Shown here: piece by piece, positions 36,833 through 50,434 of the stretch
Layout: each line of letters starts with the position of its first letter
Numbering within the stretch: the first letter of the stretch is position 1
Source of the DNA: Camelus dromedarius
Taxonomy: Eukaryota
Reading direction: 5' to 3'
NCBI RefSeq assembly: GCF_036321535.1
Contig: NC_087437.1
Location: forward strand, 15,316,001-15,380,000
Length of the DNA stretch: 64,000 nt
Made by a program: the position numbers and the translations under genes
The notes under the pieces: generated by a model
What the model was told of the DNA's origin: nothing
Seen by the model: only the letters and a program-made list of their open reading frames with translations
The model's database searches: none

Positions 36833-37296
36833 TGTCTTAACTGAATAATGCCCTCCCCGCACGGCGTCCATATCCTACTCCCTAGAAGCTATGACTATGC
36901 TGTTATGTGGCAAAGGGGGATTCAGCTTGCCGATGGCATCAAGGCTGCGAGTCAGCTGACTTTAAGATGAGGAGACTCTCCTGGGTTATCAGGCAGGCCC
37001 GGTGTAATCTACAGGTTCCTTAAACGTGGAAGAGGGAGGCAGAGTCAGATAAGGAGATGTGGCGATGAAAGCAGAGGTCAGCGTAATGCGACTGCTGGCT
37101 TTGAAGGTGACAAGGGCCATGAATCAAGGCATGGGAGCCTCCAGGAAGGGACACAGCCTGGTGGACACCTTGATTTCAGCCCACTGAGACCCATTTATAA
37201 CTCCTGAACTATGGAACTGTAAGACAGTAAGTCCGTGTTGTTTAAAGCCACTAAGTCTGGAGCAAGTTGTTACAGCAGCAGTAGGAAACCCAAAGG
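36833..37296 (+). mobile_element. MLT1C/D-like (MaLR) LTR
   Basis: ctgaataatgccc…ggcaaaggggga…gacaccttgatttcagccc…ttgttacagcagcagtaggaaac. Confidence 0.82.
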
Positions 37297-37324
37297 ACCT
37301 CAGTGATTAAAATGGGTGTCCCTT

Positions 37325-37910
37325 GGGGGAGGGTATAGCTTGGTGGTAGAGTAGGTGCTTAGCATGCACAGGTCCTGGGTTCAATCCCTGGTACTTCCAT
37401 TAACAAATAAATAAACTTAATTATCCCCTCCAAAAGACCTGATGAAATAAAATTTATTTTAAAAAATAATAAATAAAAATAAGCCAGAAAGAGAAGTAAA
37501 AATACCATATGATATCACTCATATGTAGAATCTAAAAAAAAAAAAAGAAAAGAAAAGAAAAAAGAGGACACTAATGAACTCATCTACAAAACAGAAACAG
37601 ACTCACAGACATAGCAAATAATTTAATGATTGCTGGGGGAAAGGGTGTGGGAAGGGATAAATTTGGGAGTTTGAGATTTGCAAAGGTTAACTACTATACA
37701 TAAAAATAGGTAAAAAACAAATTTCTTCTGTATAGCACGGGGAACTATATTCAATACCTTGTAATAATCTTTAATGAGAAGAACATGAAAACAAATATAT
37801 GTATATGCATGACTGGGACATTGTGCACACCAGACATTGCTGCACACCAGAAACTGACATATTGTAACTGACTATACTTCAATTAAACAATAAAAAAAAT
37901 AAGAAATGAA
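37325..37910 (+). mobile_element. tRNA-Ala SINE (37325-~37440) followed by L1 3'UTR fragment (~37480-37900)
   Basis: SINE body followed by the lineage L1 tail; candidate outer TSD taaaatgggtgtcc / taaaacaggagtcc. Confidence 0.88.
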
Positions 37911-39828
37911 ATAAAACAGGAGTCCTGTCACTGGGGACAGGGCCCCCCACCCCTATACCTCTTTTGACTAATAACATTCAACAGCAGGAAACCCTTGTCA
38001 GGACCAGTCAGGACTGCTGAGGTGAGGGGTGGTGAGGGAAGGGGCAGAAGCTGAGCGTAGCAGGCTGCTCTGGCCGAGAAGCCTGGAAGAGGGGAGGGGA
38101 TGCGAAACAAGCTGCCAGAGGATCGGTAGAGGGCATTTTATGACAGACGACTTCCCTTCTTTCCAAGAATAGGAGCCAGGAGTGGCTGCCATGGTGGGTG
38201 GCATGATTTCCCCTGTGTTACCCCTTTTCGGAAAAACAGTCAGTCTTCCCCTGCAAACTTTTGGAGGTGGATTGTGTATGTTGTGGATGCACCTCTGGGC
38301 GAAGTGTGGCCACAGAGCAGCCAGAGCTGCTGATTAAATGGATGTCTCATTTCCTTGTCTAAAGACAGAAACTCAGGCCTGTCTGGCAGTCCTGGCCCAG
38401 GTATGAGGAAGAAATTTACAAAGCCAAAGCAGCAGAACAAGCAGGGCTCGAAGTGGCCACGTTTATAGGTCAGTTGCTTGAATCGAGGAGCAAAGTTATC
38501 TCTAATCCTTCAAACTGACAAATGCCAAGGAGAATGGCATACCTGGTGCGGCGGGTTTAGAATTCAAAACCCAGAGTAAGTTTTCTTACCTCTCAGAGCA
38601 GCAATGCCCCCTCCTCGAAGGCTAGTTCAAAATACGTGGAGAAGAAAGATGAGGTCGGTGGCTTTTCAAATGGATGATCACTCTTCCTTTTTTTCTTACC
38701 TGTCTGTTATGGAGAACAGGGGCAGCGGGTCAGGGCCGGGGGCGGGAGAGAGGAGATGCTGTCTCCGTGGCTTCTCGGGTTTCCTGTTCTGTTCAGGAGG
38801 GAAGGCCCTGCAATGATTAACTGGAGTCTCAGGATCAGTTCTGGCTTTGCTCTTGTGGGAAAGTGAGGGGACAGTGGGGCAGTGCTCACAAAGTTATGAG
38901 GTGGAAAATTTCCCCAGGCTGCTCCGTCTCGGGGCAGTCTGCTCCAAGGGTTGGTCCTCACATGTGATGGTGCTGAGAAGACCTCCTGGTCTCTCCTGTC
39001 AGACGCTCTGCCCAGGGATGCAGCCCCATTTCCCCCATTCTCACTTACCTACTCTCTCCGTCCCCTGCCTTGAGAGATGAGTCTTGCTTCAAAAAAAAAC
39101 TTAACCCCTGAATTAGACTTAACATTTTTAGCTAATGTCTTCCTTTGCCACTGTCGTAGCTGGTTAAAAGATAGTATATGTATTTTTAATGTATGCACAG
39201 TGAAAACAATTTCCATTTGTTTTCCTTCCTCTTTATAATCGTCACACAAAGTAATCCATACTCATGAGCTCTCCACAGCTTCCTGAACCAGAGCTGTACT
39301 CCATACAAAATCATGTGGGTAGATAGTAAAGGTGTGGGTTGTGGATTATGCCCCAACTGTATTATTCTAAGCCGTTTCTGTTTTTCATCCCTGAAGAATT
39401 TCTCAGATGCACTGTCAAGTTCACTGCCTTCATTTCCTTGCTAATTCATTCCAGTCTGGCTTCCATCTCCCTACTCAATGGAAACTTGGTCACCAGAAAC
39501 TACCTGATAAATTTAGGTTCAATTTTTTTTTATAACAATAATAGTTCATAGATAGTATAGGGAACTTTTAACTACATCACATCAGAAGACATATAATGCC
39601 TATTTGGCTCTCTTTTTGTAACATTGATCAGTGGGTGAAATGATATGATGTCTGGGATTTACCTTAAATCACCCAGTTGTTTTAAAAATGTGATTACTAA
39701 GCTCAGATACTGTCAGTCTGCAGACCTACCTACTATAAAATTCCCCCTTAATCTTGCACTTACGATTTTAGCAGTTACTGTTGATCATTAGTCAGTGAAA
39801 ATCTATGATATTCAACTCTATCATTCCT

Positions 39829-40380
39829 TGTATTAGTTATCTATTGCTGCATAACAAATTATCCCTACATTTAATAGCTTAAACAGCAAACATGTATTAT
39901 CTCATAGCTTCTGTGGGTCAGGAAACTGGAAAAGGCGTAGCTGCATGGTTCTGGTTTGGAGTCACTCATGACATAGCAATCAACCTGCTGACTGGGGCTA
40001 AAGTCACTTGGGGCTGGAGGATCTGCCTTCAAGCTCACTCACATGATGGTTGGCAGGGGAAGTTCCTACCGGCTCTTGACTGAAAAATTCCATTCCTCAC
40101 CTAGTGAACTTTTTTCTTCTTAGATGATTTGAATGTCTCACAGTATGGCAGCCTCCTCAGAGTGAGTAATGAGAGAGAGAGAGAGAGAAGAAAGAGACCG
40201 AGAGAACAAAATGGAAGCCAAAGTCTTTTATGATCTCATCTCAGAAGTGACATGCCACCATTTCTACGATGTGCTATTGGTCAAACAGACCAGCCCTGAT
40301 ACAATGTGGGAGGGGACTACACAACATGTGAATAGCAGGGGATGGGATCATGGGGACCATTGAGATCGCTGGTTACCACA
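39829..40380 (-). mobile_element. MLT1F-like MaLR solo LTR inserted in L1MC fragment (~39530-40850)
   Basis: TG…CA ends, perfect 5-bp TSD TTCCT (39824-39828 / 40381-40385). Confidence 0.88.
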
Positions 40381-42105
40381 TTCCTTTGCATGTATTAGCT
40401 GGAAATCTATAATGGAAAATTCTCCTTCGTCAACTATTCAGCTACTCTAATAGACAGTTTGTATGAAAGAGGCAAAATAAATTCTCTATTCTTCCCTATT
40501 CTTTACCACTTTTTAAAATAGTGAGTTGGTTCCTTAGCATCCACTTATCTGACCAATAAATTATCTTTAATATCATTATGAACTCATGATTTTAAATGCT
40601 TATTCTGTTTCAATCAAGTACTCAAATAAGACATTATTTTCTCAGACATTTTTTTGTTTGTTAATTTTGATATCCAAATTGTTCCTTCTTGGGTTAGTGG
40701 GAAGTCCTTCCTGTTTGCTGTTGTGCCCTTTTGGCATGAATCCAGTAGTCTCTGATGGCTTCCTTGTTTTCTGGTATCACAGGATATTCCAGGCTCATCT
40801 TGTACATTTCCTGCCCAAGAGCTTTCTCCAGAGAGCCCTGGTTCCTTTTAATTTTTTGGTTTATTCTTCTATTTTTTCCTTTTTAAAAAATATATAATCA
40901 AATTTGTATGTATACACACGGCCATATTCCTCCTGCCTCTTTCTTAAAGTAAAGGAGGCATACATACACACTGTTCTCTGTGTTGCTTTCTTCACTTAAG
41001 GATATATCCTAGAGATCATTTCATCGCAGAATATATTGACATTTCTGATTATGTTTTACAGATACATAGTATTCCTTTGTGTGGATACACCCAGTCCCCT
41101 ATTGAGAGATATTTGGATTGTTTCAGTGACAGCATTTTAAAAGCAACAGTTATTTGAAAGATATGATCCGAGACTTAAATAATTAATGAAGTTTAAGCAT
41201 TCAAATGAATGTACGTAACTCCAGGGTTTTATGTGATGTAATCTTTTCCATTTATTCTTGAAATATAAGGGGGAAAGGATCCCAAGCTGATCCTATTTTT
41301 CAGCTAGGGAAATTCATATGCAAAGAGTGAGTTCCTTTAGATATCTTGGATTTTATTTACCCCTATATCTCATATCTACTTTTACAATGAAATTTGCGTT
41401 GGCGACTGGAAAGATATATTAGCATTCTCTATTATATTAACAGTAAGCCATTTCTCCACCTTCAATTAAAAGAAAAAAAGTCAAAGTGAATTTTTGTTTT
41501 TCGTAATGAACTCCCTGGCCCCCACACACCTCTTGGACCCATCTCCACCGTAGAAGATTTTGCTAGGGGCTTCTCACACAGCTTTCTCAAGATAGAGACC
41601 TGAACATACATGATGATGCAAATCATGATATTGATTTATGACACAAACACCCAGATCTGACATAGACAACTTGAGAAAAAGAGCCTCACAAATCCTGATA
41701 TAAAGATATCTACCCTAACCCTCTATCCCCTACACTGACTCTTAACCCTGTAGATGTTACACATAAAAAAACCCCAAAACCAAAACCAAAAAAACCAAGA
41801 TTTGTAACAACAGGAGTTTATTCTGTCCCCCTAAAAGGGCTCTGATAGAAAAGACGTTGACCAGATGGATCATTCCAAATTCTGTTCATTCATCAAGAAA
41901 CACCAGGGGATGGACGGAGATGCTGAAGAAAATTCCTATCCCCAGGCCCATTCTCAGACCTCACATTCCTCAAGATAATTTTGGTCAAACTTCTTATTTA
42001 TTTATTTGGCTTAAGGAATAGTAGAAAGTCTTACAATTCCTACTTGTTGGGAAAAGAAATGGTATAGGTCTAAAATAAGTTTCATTTGGATTAAAGATTT
42101 AAATA

Positions 42106-44855
42106 TTTTCTCTATAATCATTTTGTTGAGAGATCTTATTAAAACTGGATGTTAAGTATTGTCAGACACTTTTTCTGCCTCTATTGAAATGATCGTATGA
42201 TTTTTATCCCTCATTCTGTTAATGTGGTGTATCACATAATTGATTTGTGAATGTTGAACCAACCTTGCATCCTTGGAATAAATCCAACTTGATCATGGTG
42301 TATGATACTTTTAATGTTTTGTTGAAATTGGTTTGCTAATAATTTGTTGATGATTTTTGCATCTGTGTTCATCAAGGATATTAGCCTGTAATTTTTTTTT
42401 GTGGCATCCTTGTCTGGTTTTGATAATGGGTAATGGTGGTTTCAGAAAATGTGTTTGGAGGCATTCCACCCTCTTCTATTTTGGGGAAGAGTGTGAGAAG
42501 GATTGATATTAATTCTTCTTTAAAAGCTTGGTGGAATTCACTAATGAAGTCATGTGGTCCTGGACTTATGTTTGTTGGAGGTTTTTGATTACTGATTCAA
42601 CTCTTTGCTACTAATTGTTGTGGTCAGATTTTCTATTTCATTATGATTCAATCATGATAGGTTATATGTCTCTAGGAATTTATGCATTTTCTCTAGGTTG
42701 TTTAATTTGTCAGTGTATAACTGTTCATATTAGTCAGTTATAATCCTTTGTATTTCTGTGGTATCATTTGTAACATCTTATCTTTCATTTCTGATTTAAT
42801 TTATTTAATCCTCTCTTTTTTTCTTGGTAAGTCTAGCTAAAGATTTGTCAATTTTGTTTATCTTTTCAACAAACCAGCTATTAGTTACATTGATCTTTTC
42901 TCTTGTCTTTTTAGTATTGATATCAATTATTTCTGCTCTAATCATTATTTTCTTCATTTTACTAACTTTGGGCTTCATTTATTCTTTTTTCTATTGCCTT
43001 ACAGTGTACAGTTAAGTTGTTTATTTGAGACTTTTCTTGTAAGGCCGGCTTAGTGGTGATGAATTCCTTTAACTTTTTCTTATCTAGAAAACTTTTTATC
43101 TCTTCTTCAATTCTGAATAAACCTTCCTGGGTAGAGCATTCTTTGTTGGAATTTTCTTCTTTCAGCACTTTGAATATATTGCACTCTCTGGCCTGCAAAG
43201 TTTGTGCTGAAAAATCTGATAGTCTTATGGTGGTGCCCTTGTACGAAACTAGTTGTTTTTCTCTTGCGGCTTTTGAGCTTCTCTCCTTGTCTTTAACTTT
43301 TGACGTTTTAATTATAATGTGTCTTGATGTGGGTCTCTTTGATGTCATCTTATTTGGAAACTTCAGGGCTTCCTGGATCTGGATGTCTGTTTTCTTTCCC
43401 AAGTTAAGGAAGTTTTCAACCATTATTTTTTCAAATAAGAGTTCTTTCCCCTTCTTTCTTCTTCTTCTATAAAGTGAAAATTAGTCTGTTTGATTTTGTC
43501 TCATACATCTCTTAAGCTATCTTCACACTTTCAAATTCTTTTTTCTTTTTGCTGCTCTGATTGGGTGAGTCCCACTGCCTTGTCTCTGAGTTGAGTGATC
43601 CTTTCTTCTGCTTCATCTAGTCTGCTGTCAAACCTCTCCAGTGTGTTCTTTAGTTCAGTTATTGTATCTTCAGCTCTGTGACTTCTAGTCAGTACTTTCT
43701 TATATTTCCCGTCTCTTTGTTGAAGTTCTCACTGTGTTCATCATTCTTTTTCCTAGTTCAGTGAACATCTTTATGACCATTACTTTGAACTTTTTATTAG
43801 GGAAGTTACTTATTTCCATTTAATCAAGGTTTTTTTCTGAAGTTTATCTTGTTCTTTCATTTGGAACATATTCCTGTGATTTCATTTTGCTTGACTCTCT
43901 GTTGGTTTCTCTTTTTTCCTTTTTAATTTTTATTGAAGTACAGTCAGTTTACAATGTTGTGTCAGTTTCTGGTGTACAGCAAAATACTTCAGTCATATAG
44001 GAACATACATATATTCATTTTAATATTCTTTTTCACCATAGGTTACTACAAGATATTGAATATAGTTCCCTGTGCTGTACAGCAGGACCTTGTTGTTTGT
44101 CTATTTTATCTCTATTAGTTGACTCTCAGTAGGTTTCTGTCCAGTAGATGAAACCACCACCTCTTCCAGCCTTGCAGGGGTGGCTTGTGTAGGAGATGAG
44201 CCCTGTTGTTCAGCCCTGCCTCAGCTCCTGATTGTCTCTCAAGCCTCTGTGCTTGTCCAGGCAGCCTGTTATATTTTGTCCAGTAGCTGAGGATGTGCCA
44301 AGACTTGTCACCATTTCAAAGTGGAGGATCTCAGCACCTAGATTCAGGTTGACTGGAAGCCAGACCCTCAGGCAGCAGCTTTTTAAAGTATGCAAATATA
44401 TACAGTCCTGAGGGGCTGCCAGGGTGAGTCCCATTTGCTTTCAGAGCCGGGCACTCTGGACGTGTCCACTGGGTGGGCTCCAGATGAGTGTATAAGCTCC
44501 TTTCTGGGAGATACCAGAAGGCTGGAGCAAAGCGGGGAGAGAGAGCATAAGGATGGCACCCACAGCCTGTGTTTCCTGAGAGCAGCTCCATAGACCACTA
44601 AATGTGACCCAGAGCTGAAGCCTGCCCTCAGGGTGCAGCTCCAGGATTAGCAAAGAGGATCTTTCACAGAAAGGCTGGTGGGTGTGCCTCATTCTGCTTT
44701 CTGTGCAGTGCCCCAGGGGTGGTAGCCTGTCAAGTCTTGTGGGATCCAGGAATGCAAGCCCCTCCAGCCACCAGAGTGAGGCAATCAAGAGGTGTCCCCT
44801 GGGCATCAGCTGCATAAACCTGACACAAGACATGTATAAAGCTTTCCTCCAGAAG
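42106..44855 (-). mobile_element. L1 inverted 5' portion (5'UTR, ORF1, N-terminal/RT part of ORF2 with internal deletion)
   Basis: ORF 43423-42962 contains ORF1 motifs (ENFLNL…IQIQEA…RHIIIK…KAAREKQ…IRLSDFS) fused to ORF2 QINNLT. The minus-strand end reads HTIISIEAEKVSDNT*HPVLIRSLNKMII. Confidence 0.9.
43911..44118 (-). mobile_element. Younger L1 tail nested in the inverted L1
   Basis: 20-bp TSD TTGACTCTC(T/A)GT(T/A)GGTTTCT at 43891-43910 / 44119-44138. Confidence 0.88.
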
Positions 44856-45932
44856 ACATAATAAACACTCTATATGACAAGCCCACACTAATGTCATACT
44901 CAACAGTAAAAAGTTAGCGTCTCTTCTTCGAAGATCAAGAACAAGAAATGTCGGTGCCCTCTCACCACTTTTATTCAACACAGTGTTAGATGTCCTAGTC
45001 AGAGAAATTAGGCAAGAAAAGGAAATAAAAGATATCCAAATTGGAAAGGAAGAAGAAAACCCTACTTTATCAAAAAAACTGTTAAAAATAATAAACAAAT
45101 TTAGTAACGTTGTAGGATAAAAAATAAATACACAAAAATGTGTTGTGTTTCTTAACACTAACAATGAACTATCAGAAAGAGAAGTTAAGAAAACAATCCC
45201 ATTTACAACTGCATCTGAAAGAATAAAATACCTGGGAATAAATTTAACTGAGGAAGTGAAAGATCTGTGTATTGAAAACTATAAGACATTAATGAAAGAC
45301 ATTTCAGAATATATTCCATGTTTCTGGTTTGGAAGAATTAATATTGTATAGTTCAGTTTGCTTGAAAAGAGGGGCAGAGTTATGTCTAATGCTTCAAACC
45401 AATGAATGTCAAGGAGAATCTAATACCTGGTGCCTTGGGTTCAAAATTAAAAACCCAAAATAAGTTTCCTTACCTCTCAGAGAAAGCCAATTCCCCCTCT
45501 AAGGCCAATTAAATACAAATGGAGAAAACACTAATTCAAAAAGGTATCTGCACCCCCATGTTCATTGCAGCTTTATTTACAGTAGCCAAGACACAGAAAC
45601 AACCGAAGTATCCATCAATGGGTGGATGGATAAAGAAGCTGTGGTATATTATATATAATGTATATTTCATATACATATGATATTTTGTCATTTCCAGCAA
45701 CATGGATGGGCTGCAAGGGCATTCTGCCAAGTGAAATAAATCAGAGAAAAACAAATAATGCATGATCTCTCTTATATGTGGAATCTAAAACAAAAACAAA
45801 AACCAAGCTCACAGAACAGATCGAAGGTTGCAAGATGCAAGGTGGGGGCGTGGAGGGGCAGGAGAATTAAGCAAACTGTTTTATTTTTTAAGTTTAAATA
45901 AATTAAAGAAAAAATAAAGAAAAAATTTAAAA
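44856..45932 (+). mobile_element. L1 forward 3' portion (ORF2 from [10 protein letters not shown] to 3'UTR/poly(A)), with non-L1 insert at ~45347-45525
   Basis: ORF 45145-45351 (…[15 protein letters not shown]…ENYKTLMK…GRINIV); 3' motifs cacccccatgttcattgcagc and ggaatctaaaa. Confidence 0.9.
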
Positions 45933-45984
45933 AGCAATCCATGTTTAAACAGTTGAGTCTACTTTAAGTGCATACCCAGGGGGA

Positions 45985-46700
45985 AAAATTTTAAATACTA
46001 AAAAAAACCAAATCATAGAAGACAAACTAGAAGAAAATAGAATCAAATATTGATCAAGATTCTGGACAGGAAATATATTTATAATCTCTGAAGTGGAAAA
46101 AAAGAAGAAGAAGAAACCACAATGAAAAAGACTGACAAATATGAACAAATTAAAATTTAAAACTCTGCACTACAACAAAAACAATGAAAATAAAATAACC
46201 AAACTAAAAAAGCAAAAAGACCAGAACAGGGCAGTAGGGTGGAGGCTCTAAGCTACAATTGCCACAACCAGAAGGTTAACATCTTTGTTATATAAAGAAC
46301 TTAGAAAGCTTGGTTTAAGAAATTAAGACTGGAATAAATAAATAAATCAACATCTGCACTGACACATCACACAAGTGGTGCACTACTATAAACAAATGTG
46401 GCAAAAAATTAAAGCCTGTGGTATTCACAGAAATACAAATTAAAACCAGGGAAATGTGTGGTTTTTGTTCACCACAGTGACAGAATTTAAAACAATGATA
46501 ATTCCTAATCCTGGTGACGGTGCTAGGAACCGATATCATAGGTAGTGCTTATCACTATGTAAATCTTGGAACACGATTTGTCATCTTGAATTAAGAGCCA
46601 CAAAAAAATATTTTGATACTTTGACTCAGCTATCCCACATCTGGGGATTTATCCTAGTGAGATAATCTAAAGAAGAAAAGAACTCTTCTCGGTGATGTCC
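45985..46700 (+). mobile_element. Older L1ME-like host fragment (continues from ~42050-42105)
   Basis: ggattaaagatttaaat | …aaactagaagaaaata continuity across the inserted L1; ttgactcagctatcccacatctggggatttatcc. Confidence 0.6.
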
Positions 46701-47299
46701 AATGAGTGTTACTGACATCTCGGAGGGTTCTGGATGACCTGACTTTTTGTGTATAATGCTCCTGGTGCGTGGCATTAGGGGACACCCCTCTCCACCTCAG
46801 TTGTTGTACATGACAGCTTTGGAATTTTAGTTGAAGAATGACTAAGAGGTTCTTAGTGAGGATAAAATGAGGACCATGGGGGACAAGAGGGTTTACATCT
46901 CCATCACCATAGGACTGACTGTCTCACTGGTTTTGATGCTTTATGGGAGAAGCAGAAGCAGAAGAACTAACAAAGGGCTAGGTGAGACTCCAACGTCCAA
47001 ACAGTGCAGCTTCAGAGCCTCAATGGTCAGGGGCCACGCGGAACAAAGAGAGGCGCATTCTCCTACCCGTTCCACTCTGCCGCAGACCAGCAGCCTGTCG
47101 AGGCACAGAGTTCTCAGCAGTGCTCCACGAGGTTCCTGGCAGCAGAGGTGCTGTGAGCAGATGACAAGAGTAATGCCAGTCTGGTCACAACTACAAACAG
47201 TGAAACTGGGAAGTTCTGATTATATTTATAATATTGAAAAGTTGCAAACAATCTAAATGTCTAACTCTAAGTGATGGAATGTGCAATTAATGAAAAAGC

Positions 47300-47685
47300 A
47301 CACAAAGTTGAAAAGATGGCTCGTGGAACTCTCAGTTTCCTTCCTGGATACATGGAAGAATACATTGTCCGGGTCTCCCCATACCCTGCCGTGACTTAAA
47401 ATATGGCCCCGTGGCTGGGAAGTGGTACATGTTCTGCTGGGCTCAAGCATGTAAGATTCCATGCACGATCCTTCATCACAATCAAGAAGAAGACCACACG
47501 TGCAGATGGAGGTGCCGTGAGGTTTAAGCAGCTTCCGTCTCTGAGTCACCCCGTGGCAGACAGCTGCCTGAGGGCCACTCAGGTCCACAAGGGACATTGG
47601 AGAAATAAGGAATAAAGCTTTATTATCTTAAGCCTTTGAGATTTGGGGGTTGTTTGATACTGAAGCACAAGGTATTCTAAACCTG
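47300..47685 (+). mobile_element. MLT1 (MaLR) LTR
   Basis: ttcttcctgga…aataaagctttattatcttaagcctttgagatttgggggttgtttg. Confidence 0.7.
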
Positions 47686-48089
47686 AGAGGCAACATAGAA
47701 AAAGTCTCAAAACACAAGATTTAGAGAATGCAGATTTACTCATAAGTATAAACAAAGCAAGAAGTTTGGGTTACCATCCTGATGCTGTGAGTGTTTCTTT
47801 GCATTTTTTGTTCTTTGCACCTAAACTTTTAAAAATTGTTTATAACTAAAAATAAATTAGTGTGGGATAAGGAGGAAGAGAGGGAGAAAGGAAAAGGAAC
47901 TAGGAAGACCCTGCCCTCCAGTTTCTTTGCTCTCCTTTTGGAGCCTTAGGGTCCCACAGGCTTCCTCTCCACCCATCCAACAGCTCCACCCAACCAACAC
48001 CCATCCAAACAGACGACTTTTATCAAATGACAGCTGTGTGCTATGCACCATGTAGGTTCACTATACACTGTGTCCCAAACAAAAGTCTA

Positions 48090-48755
48090 TAAAGGCGATG
48101 CTAAAATGATCATTTTACAAATGTGGAAATTGTGATTTAGTAAGGTTGTTGCTTGTTCAAGTTTATGTAGCAAGTTAGTGGCAGAGCTGGGATTCAAACC
48201 CAGGGTGCCCTTGCTTGTCACCAACCTGTTCAGCTCTACATAATTTAGCTCTCTGACATATATGGAAAGACTGTGATTTTTGGAAAGTTCCCATACCTTT
48301 CTGCTTGGAAAGTCCATCCCACTTTTGCTCCTTACCTCCCACATGATAACATGCTTTCTGTTTCCTGAACAGAGCTAGCTTTTACCTAATTTTTGTATCT
48401 TAACGTGTTTATGAATAACAGGGAGACAGGAGTGATGGTTTCCCAGGTATGTGGTGTGGCCGAAGAGACCTGTGTGGGACCAGTTGTGTTCTTCCCTCCC
48501 CACTGCCCGGTCCTTCAAAGGCAGTATGATGTGATGATGTGCTGTGGCCCAGGTGGAGGCAAACAGAGCTGCTCAGGTCCCAGTTATGCCCCCATGAGCT
48601 CTGTGACTTTAGGCCATCCTCTTAACCTTTCTGAGCTTCTGATTTCTCTTCTATAAAAAGGTAGTAATCTCTGTCTACTTCTTGTGAAGCCCACATGGAA
48701 GGAAAAGCTCTCTGAAAAGTGTCAGTGCTGGAAAAGTGCAAGGTAGTGTTATTAT
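48090..48755. mobile_element. Two MIR fragments (~48090-48215 minus; ~48520-48755 plus)
   Basis: cattttacaaatgtggaaattg…ggcagagctgggattcaaaccc; tgtgactttaggccatcctcttaacctttctgagctt. Confidence 0.65.
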
Positions 48756-48989
48756 TTCCATAGCAGATATGGGGTCAGGAAAATCATCTTATTTTCTAAT
48801 TGCCATCAGACCTGGTTCAGGTGCTTAGGGTTGGCTCAGATTTTGTCTTTTCTTCTTGAATAGCCAGGGTTCATTTGAGTTCTCTGCGTTCTGAGAGGTG
48901 AAGTAGGTAAGCAGAAGAACATCTATGTCTGAACAGACCTCTCGTCCACTTTGCCTCTCTTCCCCTTCCCCAAGATTGTGCCTAAGAAA

Positions 48990-49365
48990 AATCATCTACT
49001 TCTTCCCAAATATCTATGCTCTCCTACATTTTCTCACCCTCCTGCAATTATGTGGAGCCATGTGACCAATTCTGGACAAAGGGCTGTGAGTGGAAGTGAT
49101 GATCCTCACTTCTAGGCTGATGCATTTAAGAACCAGGGTGCATCTCTCCATCTCTATTTCCTTGCTCTGAAGAGGTTGACCAGAGGACCCAGCTACAATT
49201 CAGAAGAGCTTCTATCAGTCTGGGTACCTGAGACCTAGCACTACAGACCTCTGCCAATCCACCTTGGACATATATCATAAATGAGAAGTAAACTTCTGTT
49301 CTATATAAGTAAGATTTTGAGCCTGTTTGCTACCACAGTGAAGGCTGTCCTCTCCTGGCTAACCA
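48990..49365 (+). mobile_element. MLT1 (MaLR) LTR
   Basis: gccatgtgaccaattctggacaaagggctgtgagtggaagtgat…atgagaagtaaacttctg. Confidence 0.7.
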
Positions 49366-50306
49366 GACCAGAGAACCAGTGATTCTCTGTGGGAAACTTG
49401 AGCCTGGGACAGGACACCAGGAAGATGTTTAGTGGCATTTGCTTTTGGCTGCCAGAGCCCCCACATCACTCCTCCTCATACTCAACATAAAGAAAACAAA
49501 GTATATTTTTAGAATTATTACTCATTCATTAAAAACATTCAAAATATAAGTGGCAAAGAGAGATAGGGAAAGAGGGAAGGAGGAAAGAAGGAACAGAGAA
49601 AGAAAAAGAGAGAGAGAGGAAGGGAGGTGAGCTGAGCCAATCAGATTATCCAGTCATGTGATGGCGCCCCTGAGAAGTCCTGTGAGACATGGGAAGGTGG
49701 TTAAAGAGGACCTTGAGCAAGATGAGTAAGTGGAGGAAGATTAGAACAAGGCTGCCAAGAAAGAAAACAAAATAAACCTCCCTTGTTTTGGACTTTCCTG
49801 GTTGTGTTTCTTGCCCTTAGGTTTCATCATTGGCTCAACAAATATTTACTGAGTGTCTACTGTGTGCCAACGAGGGTTCTGGGGCTGGATACTCAGCTGG
49901 AACAAAACGTAGTACCTGCCCACAGGGACTGAACTTTTTAGTGCAGAGACAGCAAACCCATACATATGTGTGATGCAGTGTGTTAGAAGGTGATGCATCT
50001 CCATGAGATGGAGAGAAAGCAGGGAGGAGACAGAAGGTAGGGTGGTTCCAGTGTTTGCAGGATGGTCAGAGAAAGTCTCACTGAGAAATCAAAACCCTAA
50101 AGAAGGGGCAGAATCTCGAAGAAGGAACAAGGAAGCCAGGGTGGTTGGGTTGTGTGGCCAAGGAAGGGAGTGGTAGGGGATTACATACAAGAAGTACTGG
50201 GGAAGGCGGAGCATGGTAAGGACTTTGCTCAGAGATGGGAAGCTGTTGGCGGATTTGAGCAGCAGGATAGTATGAGCTAATTTACATTTTAAAAGAATGA
50301 TTCCAG

Positions 50307-50396
50307 AGGGGAGGGTATAGCTCAGTGGTAGAGCACATGCCTAGCATGCACGAGGTCCTGGGTTCAATCCCCAGCACCTCCATTAAAAAAAAAAAA
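50307..50396 (+). mobile_element. tRNA-Ala-derived SINE (Vic-1-like)
   Basis: Well-preserved body; TSD AAAAG(A/G)ATG(A/G)TTC at 50291-50303 / 50407-50419. Confidence 0.9.
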
Positions 50397-50434
50397 CACT
50401 CACGGTAAAAGGATGGTTCTGGTTGCTGCACAGA

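Noticed and set aside
41616..41623. Octamer ATGCAAAT
   Set aside because: A single 8-mer is expected by chance in 64 kb; no supporting context.
42962..43423. L1TD1-like domesticated ORF1 gene
   Set aside because: Degenerate ORF1 with deletions, fused to an ORF2 fragment inside an ordinary L1.
50307..50383. Functional tRNA-Ala genes (this and the other copies)
   Set aside because: Mismatched acceptor stems, A-rich tails and TSDs identify them as SINEs.
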